From the IMG/VR virus record IMGVR_UViG_3300042691_047309, positions 64,001 to 128,000 of that record: 64,000 nucleotides of DNA. One strand, given 5' to 3'. The notes below the pieces were generated by a model. It was not told where the DNA came from and searched no databases. It was given only the letters and a program-made list of their open reading frames with translations. The DNA comes from a virus. The position numbers and the translations under genes are program-made. Below, piece by piece: positions 38,276 through 47,529 of this stretch (the first letter of the stretch is position 1; each line of letters starts with the position of its first letter).

Positions 38276-38863
38276 ATGAAAAAACTATTAACTTCTCTAG
38301 TTGTTTTGTTTGTGAGTGTTGTTTCCTACTCTCAAACTTTTACAACTACTCAACCAGACACGGTGTGTTTTGGTTCGACAACTCCTTCAACTTATCAAGT
38401 TGCTAACATTGGTTCAGGAACTTATACTTGGACCATTCCTGCTTGCGCATCTATTGTATCTGGGCAAGGAACAAATCAAATTCAAGTCAATTGGTCTAAC
38501 TGTCCAGCTGGTTTAATTCCTAATGCTGTTTCTGTTACATATGCATCTCCAGCTCCAGCTAACTGTCCCGCTCTTCCAGTTGATATGGATGTTTTAATTT
38601 ATCAAGTTGTACCGACAATCACAGCTTTAGGTCCATTTTGTGAATCTGATCCTTGTGTGACTTTAGTTGGAACTCCAGCGGGTGGAACATGGACTGGATT
38701 AGGTGTTTCAGGAAACCAATTCTGTCCTGATAACGTAGCTAATGGAACTAACGCTACATCAACAGTTACTTATACACTTACAAATGGTGGATGTACATTT
38801 ACTACATCGGTAGTTGTTCCGGTTTATGGAACTCCTACACTTTCACCTATACAACACGATTAA
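38276..38863 (+). CDS. Secreted two-domain PKD/Ig-like protein; ends PTLSPIQHD
   Basis: Signal peptide YS|Q; DTVC...Y.W.I....I.SGQGTN.I.V.W PKD-like; GPFC...L.GTPAGG.W.G.GV. Confidence 0.85.
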   Translation: MKKLLTSLVVLFVSVVSYSQTFTTTQPDTVCFGSTTPSTYQVANIGSGTYTWTIPACASIVSGQGTNQIQVNWSNCPAGLIPNAVSVTYASPAPANCPALPVDMDVLIYQVVPTITALGPFCESDPCVTLVGTPAGGTWTGLGVSGNQFCPDNVANGTNATSTVTYTLTNGGCTFTTSVVVPVYGTPTLSPIQHD

Positions 38864-38880
38864 AAATAATATAAAGTAAA

Positions 38881-39447
38881 ATGTTGAGATTATTAAGTTT
38901 CATATTTATAATGATGTGTTTTGGTTTGTTTTCACAACAAACTTTACAAATATGCCCTGGTGAAAGCGAGACAGTTACTTATTGGACTGAAACTACAACA
39001 CCGGGAGAGATAGTGTGGTCTGTAAATGGAACATCTTATTATAGTGATCAACTTGTTATGAACTGGACACAACCTGGAACTTATAATATATCAGTCACTC
39101 AAACAAATGGAATTTGTGAAGATAGTAAATACTTTACAGTTATTATAAGTTCTTGTGATGATTTAATTTATTATGTTCCTAATTCATTCACACCGGATGA
39201 TGATAATTTTAACAACATATTTCAACCTGTATTCACAGAAGGATTTGATCCATTTGATTTTCATTTAACTATATTTGATAGATGGGGTGAGATTATATTT
39301 GAGTCATATGATGCCTCAAAAGGATGGAATGGATATTATGGAAACAAAAAGTGTCAAGATGGGGTATATACCTGGAAAATCGAATTTGGAAGACCTGGTA
39401 TAGATGATAGAGAAGTTATAGTAGGACACGTAGTTTTAATAAGATAA
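38881..39447 (+). CDS. Small secreted protein with T9SS type B (gliding-motility-associated) CTD
   Basis: Signal peptide FS|Q; YVPNSFTPD.D..N..F...L.IFDRWGE..F......GW.G.......DGVY.W...G.V.LIR. Confidence 0.92.
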   Translation: MLRLLSFIFIMMCFGLFSQQTLQICPGESETVTYWTETTTPGEIVWSVNGTSYYSDQLVMNWTQPGTYNISVTQTNGICEDSKYFTVIISSCDDLIYYVPNSFTPDDDNFNNIFQPVFTEGFDPFDFHLTIFDRWGEIIFESYDASKGWNGYYGNKKCQDGVYTWKIEFGRPGIDDREVIVGHVVLIR

Positions 39448-39476
39448 AAAAATCCATCAGAAATGATGGATTTTTT
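39446..39476. terminator. Intrinsic terminator closing the adhesin operon
   Basis: AAAAAATCCATC-AGAAAT-GATGGATTTTTT. Confidence 0.85.
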
Positions 39477-39499
39477 GTTTTTATCCTTATATTTGCATT

Positions 39500-39865
39500 A
39501 TGGATAAGTCGAGAATTAATGATATGGTTGATAGAAAAATAATACAGTCTTTTCAAGAAGGATTTTCTATTGGTTCTATTCAATCAGATCTTAAAGTCAG
39601 AATAAGAAATTTCACTAACACTATTGGAAAGGATAGTAGTGTGAATTATATGCAGTTATATGATACTAAATTTGAAGATATTCCAAACATTCGTCATAGA
39701 TATGGTATAACCTACATAAAACAGTGTCAAAAAAGATTACAGGATTTAGATTGGATTATTGAGAAGAAATCAAAATTTAGTAATATGACTTATTCTAAGG
39801 TATTTAAATTAATTCAGTTTAGAGAAAAACTCGAATCTACTGCAAAAATTTATCCATTCAAATAG
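39500..39865 (+). CDS. Hypothetical protein
   Basis: ORF track; TATATTTG at 39488, 4 nt before the ATG. Confidence 0.75.
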   Translation: MDKSRINDMVDRKIIQSFQEGFSIGSIQSDLKVRIRNFTNTIGKDSSVNYMQLYDTKFEDIPNIRHRYGITYIKQCQKRLQDLDWIIEKKSKFSNMTYSKVFKLIQFREKLESTAKIYPFK

Positions 39866-39896
39866 TTTGTAAATTTTAATATTTTCCTTATATTTG
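39866..39896 (+). promoter_or_regulatory. Bacteroidota-type promoter TTTG-N19-TATATTTG
   Basis: Both consensus boxes with canonical spacing; ATG 4 nt downstream. Confidence 0.8.
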
Positions 39897-39900
39897 TTGT

Positions 39901-40122
39901 ATGAAAATCAATAAAGGAAACCTCTGGACAATTCTTGAAAAATATGACTCAAAAGACTACGATGGTCTTTGTAATGGTCTTTCTCGTATAATTCAAGGTA
40001 AATCTACTTCTGGTGATCTGCTTGATGTTTTCACTTACATGGAAAAAATTCAAAAAGAAGATAGAGACATTATCGAAAACGAAATCGGAAACGATATCAC
40101 GAATGTACTTTTCTGTATCTAA
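39901..40122 (+). CDS. Hypothetical protein
   Basis: 73-aa ORF directly behind a consensus promoter. Confidence 0.75.
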   Translation: MKINKGNLWTILEKYDSKDYDGLCNGLSRIIQGKSTSGDLLDVFTYMEKIQKEDRDIIENEIGNDITNVLFCI

Positions 40123-40196
40123 TTTTCATGTAACATCATGATGATATAACTATATTATATGTTATGGTTTTTTAAAGTTTAATGATAGTGGATTTT

Positions 40197-40937
40197 TTAT
40201 AGTCTAATCCATTCTTTAAACCTCAATAAAGATTCTTTTAATGTTTCTACAAAATCAAAATCAATCAAGAATTGACCGAACTCTTCAACATATTTTTCTT
40301 TTGACTCATCGTTGGGGTTTTTTAGAAACTGCCAATTAAATGATAATTGAGTAGGTGTTTTAAATCCAAAGAAACTAAGAACTTCTTTTTCTAATTTGAC
40401 AGCTTCTGAACCATTCCAGTTATGACCAACTGCAATTACTCCGGCTTCTTTATTTTTAAGTAGATTACTTTCACCAAGTGTTGTGTGTCTGTTTTCAAGC
40501 CAAGTCAATCTTTCAATAAGTGATGTATAAATAGCATTCATTTTACCCCATCTTATTGATCCAAAAAAGATAACTATATCAGCGTCAAAAATAGCATTTG
40601 CTACTTTATACATTTCATCTGATTTGTTGTTAAGTGATGCCCAACATCTTATATGACCTGTTGGATTCTTTTCTTTATCTTTAAGAATGGCATCTTTTAA
40701 TCCACAAGTATTTCCTCTTTTAGTTGAAACATTACCTTCACAAGAAAATATTTTAAGCTTTGCAACATTTATTATTTGACATCTATCGCTTCCTAATTTT
40801 TTCATAATCTCCTCAGCAATGATAGAAGACTTCGGAAGCTCTTTATCACCAGACCATCTATTCGATGTGGTTAAGAAAAGAATTTTCTTTTTGTTATTCT
40901 TCTTTAGATAATTGTAAAGTCTTTTTAACTCGGTCAT
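40197..40937 (-). CDS. Flavodoxin-like / NAD(P)H-dependent FMN reductase family protein
   Basis: ILFLTTSNR...KSS; KI..CEG; DEM..V...I.DAD.VIF.GSIRWG; TTAATATATA upstream. Confidence 0.8.
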   Translation of the reverse strand: MTELKRLYNYLKKNNKKKILFLTTSNRWSGDKELPKSSIIAEEIMKKLGSDRCQIINVAKLKIFSCEGNVSTKRGNTCGLKDAILKDKEKNPTGHIRCWASLNNKSDEMYKVANAIFDADIVIFFGSIRWGKMNAIYTSLIERLTWLENRHTTLGESNLLKNKEAGVIAVGHNWNGSEAVKLEKEVLSFFGFKTPTQLSFNWQFLKNPNDESKEKYVEEFGQFLIDFDFVETLKESLLRFKEWIRL

Positions 40938-41001
40938 GTTTTATATATTAAAAGTTTTGAATACAATTTTTTATTAAATATAAAATTACTTAAAAGTCTT
41001 T

Positions 41002-41036
41002 GATAAAAAAAAGGACTCTAAGTCCTTTTTTTTATC
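41002..41036. terminator. Intrinsic terminator
   Basis: GATAAAAAAAAGGACT-CTA-AGTCCTTTTTTTTATC. Confidence 0.8.
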
Positions 41037-41982
41037 CGTGTCTTAACGTCTCTATACCAGGAAACTTAGCTTTTAAATCTTCACTAACAGTTTCAGTAAT
41101 TACTGATGGAGGAAGTGTATTTCTTTGAAACTTCCAATGTAGTGCTTCCCAATCTTTAATTTCTTGGTCTAATTTCATTAAAGATGATTCTTCTAAATTA
41201 ACTTCTTCTATTTTTATTTGAATAATTTTTTCAGCTTCTTCTACATCAGATTCTCTTTGTAAAAGTTCTTCTTCTTTTCTTTTCAACTCTTTTGAAAGTA
41301 CTTCTAAATCTTTTTCTTTTTCAGTGACTAATCTCAAATCTTTGTCAATTTTTGTTTGAAGATCGGCATATTTAACATCTAAATCTTTTGCTGATTCTAA
41401 AATACTTCTATCAAAGTTTCTTTCCTTTTCATTAAGGTCTTGAATTTTATCTTCTAAATCAATTTGTTTTTCAGTAAGGTCTCTAGATCTTTGTCTTAAC
41501 TCATCTTCTTTTTTATCAAGCGATTTGAGCTCCAGTTTATGATCTTCTTCTCTTTTTTCAACTCTCTTTAAACGAATATCAATCTCTTCTTCTTTATCTT
41601 TAATTCTTCTTTCTCTATTGTTTAGGTCAATTTCTTTCCATTCAACTTCTCTTATTTTACTCTCATCAATATTAGAAACTGGTCCAGAATTATGTTGAAT
41701 TGAAGAAAGTACCATTTCTTCAATAAAGGGAATTAGTTTTTTATGAAATTGAGAAGGAGTTGGAAACTTTTGAGCTTTCATGTGAGTCAGTAACTCGCTT
41801 TTCCAGTCAATGACTTCAAAAAATTCTGGATTATTATCAATGATATCTTTATCAATTGGTATTATCTCTGATTTAACAGTGTAGTTATACTCTTGTAAGA
41901 TAGTTCCAACTTTAAGTATAAAGATTTTTTTATCAGGGCTTAAATACTGAAACTCCTTAATAACCTTATGCTTAATTTTCAT
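41032..41982 (-). CDS. Long coiled-coil hypothetical protein
   Basis: E/K/R-rich heptad region over about 170 aa. Confidence 0.8.
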   Translation of the reverse strand: MKIKHKVIKEFQYLSPDKKIFILKVGTILQEYNYTVKSEIIPIDKDIIDNNPEFFEVIDWKSELLTHMKAQKFPTPSQFHKKLIPFIEEMVLSSIQHNSGPVSNIDESKIREVEWKEIDLNNRERRIKDKEEEIDIRLKRVEKREEDHKLELKSLDKKEDELRQRSRDLTEKQIDLEDKIQDLNEKERNFDRSILESAKDLDVKYADLQTKIDKDLRLVTEKEKDLEVLSKELKRKEEELLQRESDVEEAEKIIQIKIEEVNLEESSLMKLDQEIKDWEALHWKFQRNTLPPSVITETVSEDLKAKFPGIETLRHG

Positions 41983-42042
41983 TTTAAAAAATATATTTTA
42001 AGTTATATATAAAAAACCAGTTTTTTAGTTTATATTTGTGAA

Positions 42043-42516
42043 ATGGAATCTTTAGATAGGGAGTATAATCAAATTGTTAATCTTACTAAATTCAATGTTA
42101 ATTTCAGTAAGTATGTGGATAGCTGCGATCTTTTAAAACAAAGTCCTGACTATATTCTTGAGAAATATAATCACTGGATTGGTTTTGGACCAACAGTTGA
42201 AAAGAAGTTATATACACCAGGTGATATGACAGATTTTTTCAATAAATATTGTAAAATTTGGAAAATAGACACAGAGAGTTACCATAAATTAAAAAATATA
42301 CTGATGTATTTACATTATACTCAAAATTTGAACATCTTAAGGATGTCTGAAAAATTTGAAGAATATATCGGACCAATGACGATGATATCAGATACCTCAG
42401 ATAAACCAGGATTACATCATAAAACAAATGATTTCGTTAATAATATTTTAGAAGGAAATAAAAACAATATTAAAGTTATTTTAAGAAATATGAAAATTGA
42501 TAATATAGTGCGATGA
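42043..42516 (+). CDS. Hypothetical protein with RNMKIDNIV tail
   Basis: ORF track; TATATTTG at 42031. Confidence 0.75.
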   Translation: MESLDREYNQIVNLTKFNVNFSKYVDSCDLLKQSPDYILEKYNHWIGFGPTVEKKLYTPGDMTDFFNKYCKIWKIDTESYHKLKNILMYLHYTQNLNILRMSEKFEEYIGPMTMISDTSDKPGLHHKTNDFVNNILEGNKNNIKVILRNMKIDNIVR

Positions 42517-42884
42517 AATATAAAGACAAATCATTTTTAAAGTATCAAGAAAAACAACGTGATGGTGAAGTTGGGTATTGGTCTAATAGGTCTGAAAGAC
42601 AAATTCGTAGAGAAAGAGAACACAGATTTTCAACTTTTTATCAAAAGTTTCTTATTGGAAAAATTGACAAGTATTGGTGGAAAAACCTAAGAGATTCTGA
42701 TAAAGAAAAAATTATATCACTTCACTATATACAAGTAGATGCTATTTCATCGAAAGATTTAGATAGATGGTATTCTGATCCTGTATTTGATACTTGGTCT
42801 GAGTGGTTTGATTATATCAAGACAACTTTTAAACCAAATAAAATATCATTAAGAGAGGATAAACTCAAAGTTTTGGGTATATAA
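42513..42884 (+). CDS. Hypothetical protein with REDKLKVLGI tail
   Basis: ORF track; ATGA overlap with the upstream gene. Confidence 0.75.
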   Translation: MKYKDKSFLKYQEKQRDGEVGYWSNRSERQIRREREHRFSTFYQKFLIGKIDKYWWKNLRDSDKEKIISLHYIQVDAISSKDLDRWYSDPVFDTWSEWFDYIKTTFKPNKISLREDKLKVLGI

Positions 42885-42911
42885 TAAGTAACAATAAAAA
42901 ACAAAATAAAA

Positions 42912-43391
42912 ATGAAAACAATTAAATTTATCTTTTTGGCCATAGTAGCCGCAATTTCAATGACTTCTTGTACTGAGAATTACTCTAATGGTGAGCGTAT
43001 CGGTATGATTACAAAATTCTCTCAAAAAGGACTTGTATGGAATTCTTGGGAAGGAACACTCAACACAACTCAAACTGGTATGAACAGTGCAACTCCTTTC
43101 GAATTCTCTGTTGATAATGATGTGAACGATCCTAAAGTTATCGCTACTTTAGATTCGGCTGCAACAAATGGTTGGAAAGTCAAAATCAAATATCACGAAA
43201 CTTTTGGAAAGAATTGGCTCTCTAACAGAGGTGAAACTAACTACTTTGTTAAAGAGGTTCAAGTCTTAGATAGAGATCCAATTGGTAATCTTTTCGGTGA
43301 CTCTTCAAAAAATAACAAATCAAATTGTGATTGTAAAACCGGTGGAAAAGTCATTGATACTATTTATGTTGTAATTGATAGAACTAAATAA
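42912..43391 (+). CDS. Putative lipoprotein
   Basis: Lipobox-like AISMTSC; YS.G.R.G.ITKFS.KG...SWEG.L. Confidence 0.8.
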   Translation: MKTIKFIFLAIVAAISMTSCTENYSNGERIGMITKFSQKGLVWNSWEGTLNTTQTGMNSATPFEFSVDNDVNDPKVIATLDSAATNGWKVKIKYHETFGKNWLSNRGETNYFVKEVQVLDRDPIGNLFGDSSKNNKSNCDCKTGGKVIDTIYVVIDRTK

Positions 43392-43393
43392 CT

Positions 43394-43603
43394 ATGAGAA
43401 AGGGAGACAAACTTATTTGCAGAGAGACAGTTAATAATGTCTTTGGAATGCCTCTTTTTGAAAAGGGTAAAGAATATGAAGTTCTTTACATTGATAATGA
43501 AAAAACAGAGGTCATGGTTATATTAAACCACAACCTTTATGCAAACGAATATATGGAATATCCATTAGTATGGGTTAGTAAAAAATTTAAATCAAAATGT
43601 TAA
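43394..43603 (+). CDS. Small hypothetical protein (SH3-like pattern)
   Basis: KGDKLIC...F.KGKEYEV. Confidence 0.7.
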   Translation: MRKGDKLICRETVNNVFGMPLFEKGKEYEVLYIDNEKTEVMVILNHNLYANEYMEYPLVWVSKKFKSKC

Positions 43604-44025
43604 AAGATAGAATTATAGAAATCGTTAAGACACTAACAGAAGTGACTAATTCAAATATTTTGAAGTGGAACGAAGATGATCCTAAGTCAGTATCAAGAAA
43701 TTATAGAAGAAAAATGATTTCCAATGGAGAGGATGGTACAAAGTATGAAATGGAAATAAAATTCATACTTAAAAATGATAATTGGCAAATTGAAGAGGAT
43801 GCAAGCCTTTGGTTAAGAAATAAATTACTACCAGATGGTATATTTTATATAACAAGTTTTAAATCAGACGGTGAGACTTCACATCTTAGAGATTCAATTT
43901 TAAATAATTTTTGTAAAGATATGAATCCGTCTATAGAAGATATTGAAAATACATTGAGCGATATCGCTCGTGGAATTAGTATCTCTGAGTTCAGAGAAGG
44001 AAGACTAAATAAAATTTTAAACTAA
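43597..44025 (+). CDS. Hypothetical protein with REGRLNKIL tail
   Basis: ORF track; tail motif. Confidence 0.75.
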   Translation: MLKDRIIEIVKTLTEVTNSNILKWNEDDPKSVSRNYRRKMISNGEDGTKYEMEIKFILKNDNWQIEEDASLWLRNKLLPDGIFYITSFKSDGETSHLRDSILNNFCKDMNPSIEDIENTLSDIARGISISEFREGRLNKILN

Positions 44026-44031
44026 AAAGAT

Positions 44032-44598
44032 ATGTATATTATTAACACTAACTTAGAAGAAGTAACTAAAGAATTTGATTTTATAAATAGCTGGATTGAC
44101 ACACTTTGTGATAACATTCTACATAAAGACAGGAAAAATTGCAAAATAACAATGTTTTATAATTATGGATATTTTGTACCAAAAGGTAAAGGTGTAAATC
44201 CTGAACAATTTGATATGTTTTTTGAAGATAGATTAAAATATGAGTTATCAAAAGTCAGAGTCAATGTTACTATAAAAATCAATGAACTGATGATAACAAA
44301 TCGTTTAAAGAAAGGAATGGTACCGGATGTAATTAAATCAATGGTTACTGAAATAACTAAGTATAAAATGTCAATTGAGTGTGAGTTTCATCAAAATGAA
44401 GATATCAAAAATTCTATTCCTGAATTTGATGAGTCAGTTGTATCAATTGAAGTTATTAAACAAGAAATCGGAACTGATAAAATTGAAGAAGATTATTTTG
44501 ATTTAGATGATATCTTAGATAAAATTGCAAAAAGTGGAATAGATTCTCTAACAGATGGAGAGAAGTCATTTTTAGATAAAAAAAGTAAAGAAATGTAA
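44032..44598 (+). CDS. Hypothetical protein with C-terminal DUF6576-like motif
   Basis: LDDILDKIAKSGIDSLTDGEKSFL. Confidence 0.75.
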   Translation: MYIINTNLEEVTKEFDFINSWIDTLCDNILHKDRKNCKITMFYNYGYFVPKGKGVNPEQFDMFFEDRLKYELSKVRVNVTIKINELMITNRLKKGMVPDVIKSMVTEITKYKMSIECEFHQNEDIKNSIPEFDESVVSIEVIKQEIGTDKIEEDYFDLDDILDKIAKSGIDSLTDGEKSFLDKKSKEM

Positions 44599-45413
44599 TG
44601 GATATAAATCAAATATATCAAGGTGATTGTTTAGATTTACTCAAACAGTTAGATGATAACTCTATTGACTTGGTTATCACAAGTCCACCATATGCGGATT
44701 TGAAGGTTTATATTGATAATCCTGGAATACTTGCTGGTGATTATGTTGAATGGTTTTTACCAATATGTAATGAAATCTGTCGAGTTATAAAACCGACAGG
44801 TTCTTTTATTTTAAATATAAATGATAAAGTAGAAGAAGGATTTAGACATCCTTATGTTTATGATCTTATTTCCGAAATTCATAAAAGAACGGAATTAAAA
44901 ATGTTTGAGCGTCTTTTTTGGAATAAGATGAAAGGTCTTCCCAATAGAAGTAGATTTGGGGATAGAGTTGAATATTTATTTTGGTTCGCAAAAGAAAAAG
45001 GTTTCAAGTTTAACATAGATGAAATGAGAACTGAATATTCTGAAAAATCCATTAAGAGAATGAAGAATCCCCTTAAAAAAAGATTTGCTCGAACAGAGGA
45101 AAATCAAAATGAAAGTGAGTATAAAGAATGGAAACCAAATCCATTAGGTGCCTTACCTACAACACTTGTTAGTATATCATCAGAATCAAAAAGAATTGCA
45201 GATAATCATGTTGCAGTTTATCCAGTTGAACTTGTTGATTACTTTATCAAAGGTTCAACTCAAGAAGGTGATTTAGTTTTGGATCCATTTATAGGAACAG
45301 GAACAACAGCGGTCTCTGCTAAAAAAATGGGTAGAAACTTTATAGGTTTTGAAAGACAATCAGAATATATCAAAGTTGCGAATAAAAGAATTTTAGATGT
45401 TGAGAATAACTAA
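44598..45413 (+). CDS. Orphan DNA methyltransferase, N4-cytosine/N6-adenine beta class
   Basis: GDCL; LVITSPPY; H.AVYP; VLDPFIGTGTT. Confidence 0.93.
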   Translation: MDINQIYQGDCLDLLKQLDDNSIDLVITSPPYADLKVYIDNPGILAGDYVEWFLPICNEICRVIKPTGSFILNINDKVEEGFRHPYVYDLISEIHKRTELKMFERLFWNKMKGLPNRSRFGDRVEYLFWFAKEKGFKFNIDEMRTEYSEKSIKRMKNPLKKRFARTEENQNESEYKEWKPNPLGALPTTLVSISSESKRIADNHVAVYPVELVDYFIKGSTQEGDLVLDPFIGTGTTAVSAKKMGRNFIGFERQSEYIKVANKRILDVENN

Positions 45414-45696
45414 AACACCTAAAATAGTAAGTGTTAAATGGTACACAAAAGGAGAAATGGATCCAAGTTATAACGGTACTGATGTAGATAGTTTTGTAAT
45501 TATTCCAGGTGTTACACACTACCAACATATTTACTCTTCTCAAAAATATTTAATCTTTGATAGTAAAACAAGTTATATGGCAGTTGAATTTACATCAGAG
45601 GCTGATTTAGAAAGATACTTTATACAACTAATGAGGGAAATTAAACTTAATCAAATCACAAATGTTAATGTTGATGTTGATAAAAAAACAAAGTAA
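45397..45696 (+). CDS. Hypothetical protein with REIKLNQI tail
   Basis: ORF track; tail motif. Confidence 0.7.
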   Translation: MLRITKTPKIVSVKWYTKGEMDPSYNGTDVDSFVIIPGVTHYQHIYSSQKYLIFDSKTSYMAVEFTSEADLERYFIQLMREIKLNQITNVNVDVDKKTK

Positions 45697-45701
45697 TATG
45701 A

Positions 45702-45938
45702 GTGAATATTTATTGCAAAAGAACAATGTTTAATCCAGATGATAATTCGGTGATATGTGCTAAAGGTAAAATATATCAAACCGTACCATCTTCTGAATTT
45801 GAAGCAAAAACAGGTTTGGTTTTTTGGGTTTCTTCTGAAATTGAAGAAAACATACCACTAACATTAAAACTTTATGATAAATATTTCACAACTATTGATG
45901 AAATGAGGAATAATAAAATAAACGAAATACTAAAATGA
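45702..45938 (+). CDS. Small hypothetical protein with RNNKINEIL tail
   Basis: GTG start; IYCK...KGKIY pattern similar to 43394 and 47241. Confidence 0.75.
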   Translation: MNIYCKRTMFNPDDNSVICAKGKIYQTVPSSEFEAKTGLVFWVSSEIEENIPLTLKLYDKYFTTIDEMRNNKINEILK

Positions 45939-46696
45939 AAATTGTAAAATATCTTTCTGATACTGAAATAATGAATTGGAATAATAGACTTGAGAATACA
46001 CCTTATATTGTTATTCCAAGATATCACACTCATTCATCTTTTCCTACAATAGTTTTTAAACAAAAAACAACAACTGGTTTAGGAAATTTTCTAAATGATC
46101 CACAATCAGAAGTAATAACACTGGATCCACATATGAAATTTCAGTTTTCATTTTCAGTTGCTAAAAATCGTGTAGATAATTTTTTTAATATATTCAACAA
46201 ATGGTTTTCTAAAATAGAAACCAAAACTTATTTTCAAGATAGAAGTAATCGAGAGAAAATAGATGATATAGAAGTATCTGATTCTATTATTAAATCAAAG
46301 AAGCAAATTGAACACAAAGTAAAAGAAAAAGAATATACTAAATTCATTTACTATTTTGAAGGACATCTTTCTTCAATTATGGCTTATGTGATGTTCTTAG
46401 AAGACTCTATTGATATTTTCTCTTCTATATGGGGATATGATGAGTCAGGATCAGAACACCTACTGACTAAATTTAATATTGGTGATTGTGTAACAAAAGT
46501 TGGTGACCAATCAGAAGATTATCTCATTTTAGATTTCGAGCCAATAAAAAGTGGTAAAGATTTTTCTTTAGATTATGAAATTTGTAAAATGATTACAAAA
46601 GGACAGATTATAAAATATGGAAATTCAGAAGTAGTCAAAGAAAAAGATATAACCTGGTCTCGTAATAATAGAATTGATGATATTTTAGATAATTGA
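45935..46696 (+). CDS. Hypothetical protein with RNNRIDDIL tail
   Basis: ORF track; KFNIGDCV SH3-like segment near the C-terminus. Confidence 0.78.
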   Translation: MKIVKYLSDTEIMNWNNRLENTPYIVIPRYHTHSSFPTIVFKQKTTTGLGNFLNDPQSEVITLDPHMKFQFSFSVAKNRVDNFFNIFNKWFSKIETKTYFQDRSNREKIDDIEVSDSIIKSKKQIEHKVKEKEYTKFIYYFEGHLSSIMAYVMFLEDSIDIFSSIWGYDESGSEHLLTKFNIGDCVTKVGDQSEDYLILDFEPIKSGKDFSLDYEICKMITKGQIIKYGNSEVVKEKDITWSRNNRIDDILDN

Positions 46697-46727
46697 TTTG
46701 ATATTCTAAAAATTAGTATTATATTTG
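46697..46727 (+). promoter_or_regulatory. Bacteroidota-type promoter TTTG-N19-TATATTTG
   Basis: Both boxes present; ATG 4 nt downstream. Confidence 0.8.
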
Positions 46728-46731
46728 TAAA

Positions 46732-47241
46732 ATGGATAAGTGGAGTAATCTACAATTTAAAGATTTTCTCGAAGGTGAAAGACTGAATTGTTATTGGTTC
46801 TGGTATAAAGGTAAAATCACAAGAAGAAAGAATTTAGATGGAGAAATTTACGAACAAAACCTTTCTGGTAAATGTGAATGGAATGGAATAAGATTGCAAA
46901 ATGGATTTAATCATTGTTTTAATATTTTAACTAATAAATATATGAGAGGATTAAAAGAAGGAAAATACAACGGTCAAACTAAAGCAGAGTTTGAAAAGAA
47001 CAAAGTTAGAGTTAGTGATATTTGGATAAAATCCGGTGCTGATATTGAGAAGGCTAAGTCTTTATCAACAACACAAGCAAATCGAATTACTGACGAGTGG
47101 AAGGCTCTAAATAGAGCTTTTGCTGCTAAAGAAATGGGTTACGAAGAAATATTTGAGATTTTCTTTCATCGTGCTTATGAATTAGGTTCAGTTTCTAAAT
47201 TAGAATACCGAGAATATAAATTAGATAAGCTTGGTATCTAA
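46732..47241 (+). CDS. Hypothetical protein with REYKLDKLGI tail
   Basis: ORF track; tail motif. Confidence 0.78.
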   Translation: MDKWSNLQFKDFLEGERLNCYWFWYKGKITRRKNLDGEIYEQNLSGKCEWNGIRLQNGFNHCFNILTNKYMRGLKEGKYNGQTKAEFEKNKVRVSDIWIKSGADIEKAKSLSTTQANRITDEWKALNRAFAAKEMGYEEIFEIFFHRAYELGSVSKLEYREYKLDKLGI

Positions 47242-47528
47242 TGAAAATAATTAAAACTAAATTTCTTTGCAAGAATAGTAGTCAAACTGTTACGAAAGGA
47301 CTTCCTATGTATGTTAAAGATAGGTTTATTGAAGGAAAATGGTATGATGGTGAATATGAAGCCTGGAACTTCCATGATAGTTACAGACTAAATGGTGGAT
47401 GGCGTAGATACTGGGTTATAAATGAAAAAGGTGAAAAAGAAGAAATTCACAGAGCTCACATGAATGCAATTTTTGAAACAGATATAGAAAAGTTAAGAGA
47501 TAATAAAATAAATGAAATACTAAAATAA
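47241..47528 (+). CDS. Hypothetical protein with RDNKINEIL tail
   Basis: ORF track; tail motif. Confidence 0.78.
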   Translation: MKIIKTKFLCKNSSQTVTKGLPMYVKDRFIEGKWYDGEYEAWNFHDSYRLNGGWRRYWVINEKGEKEEIHRAHMNAIFETDIEKLRDNKINEILK

Positions 47529-47529
47529 A

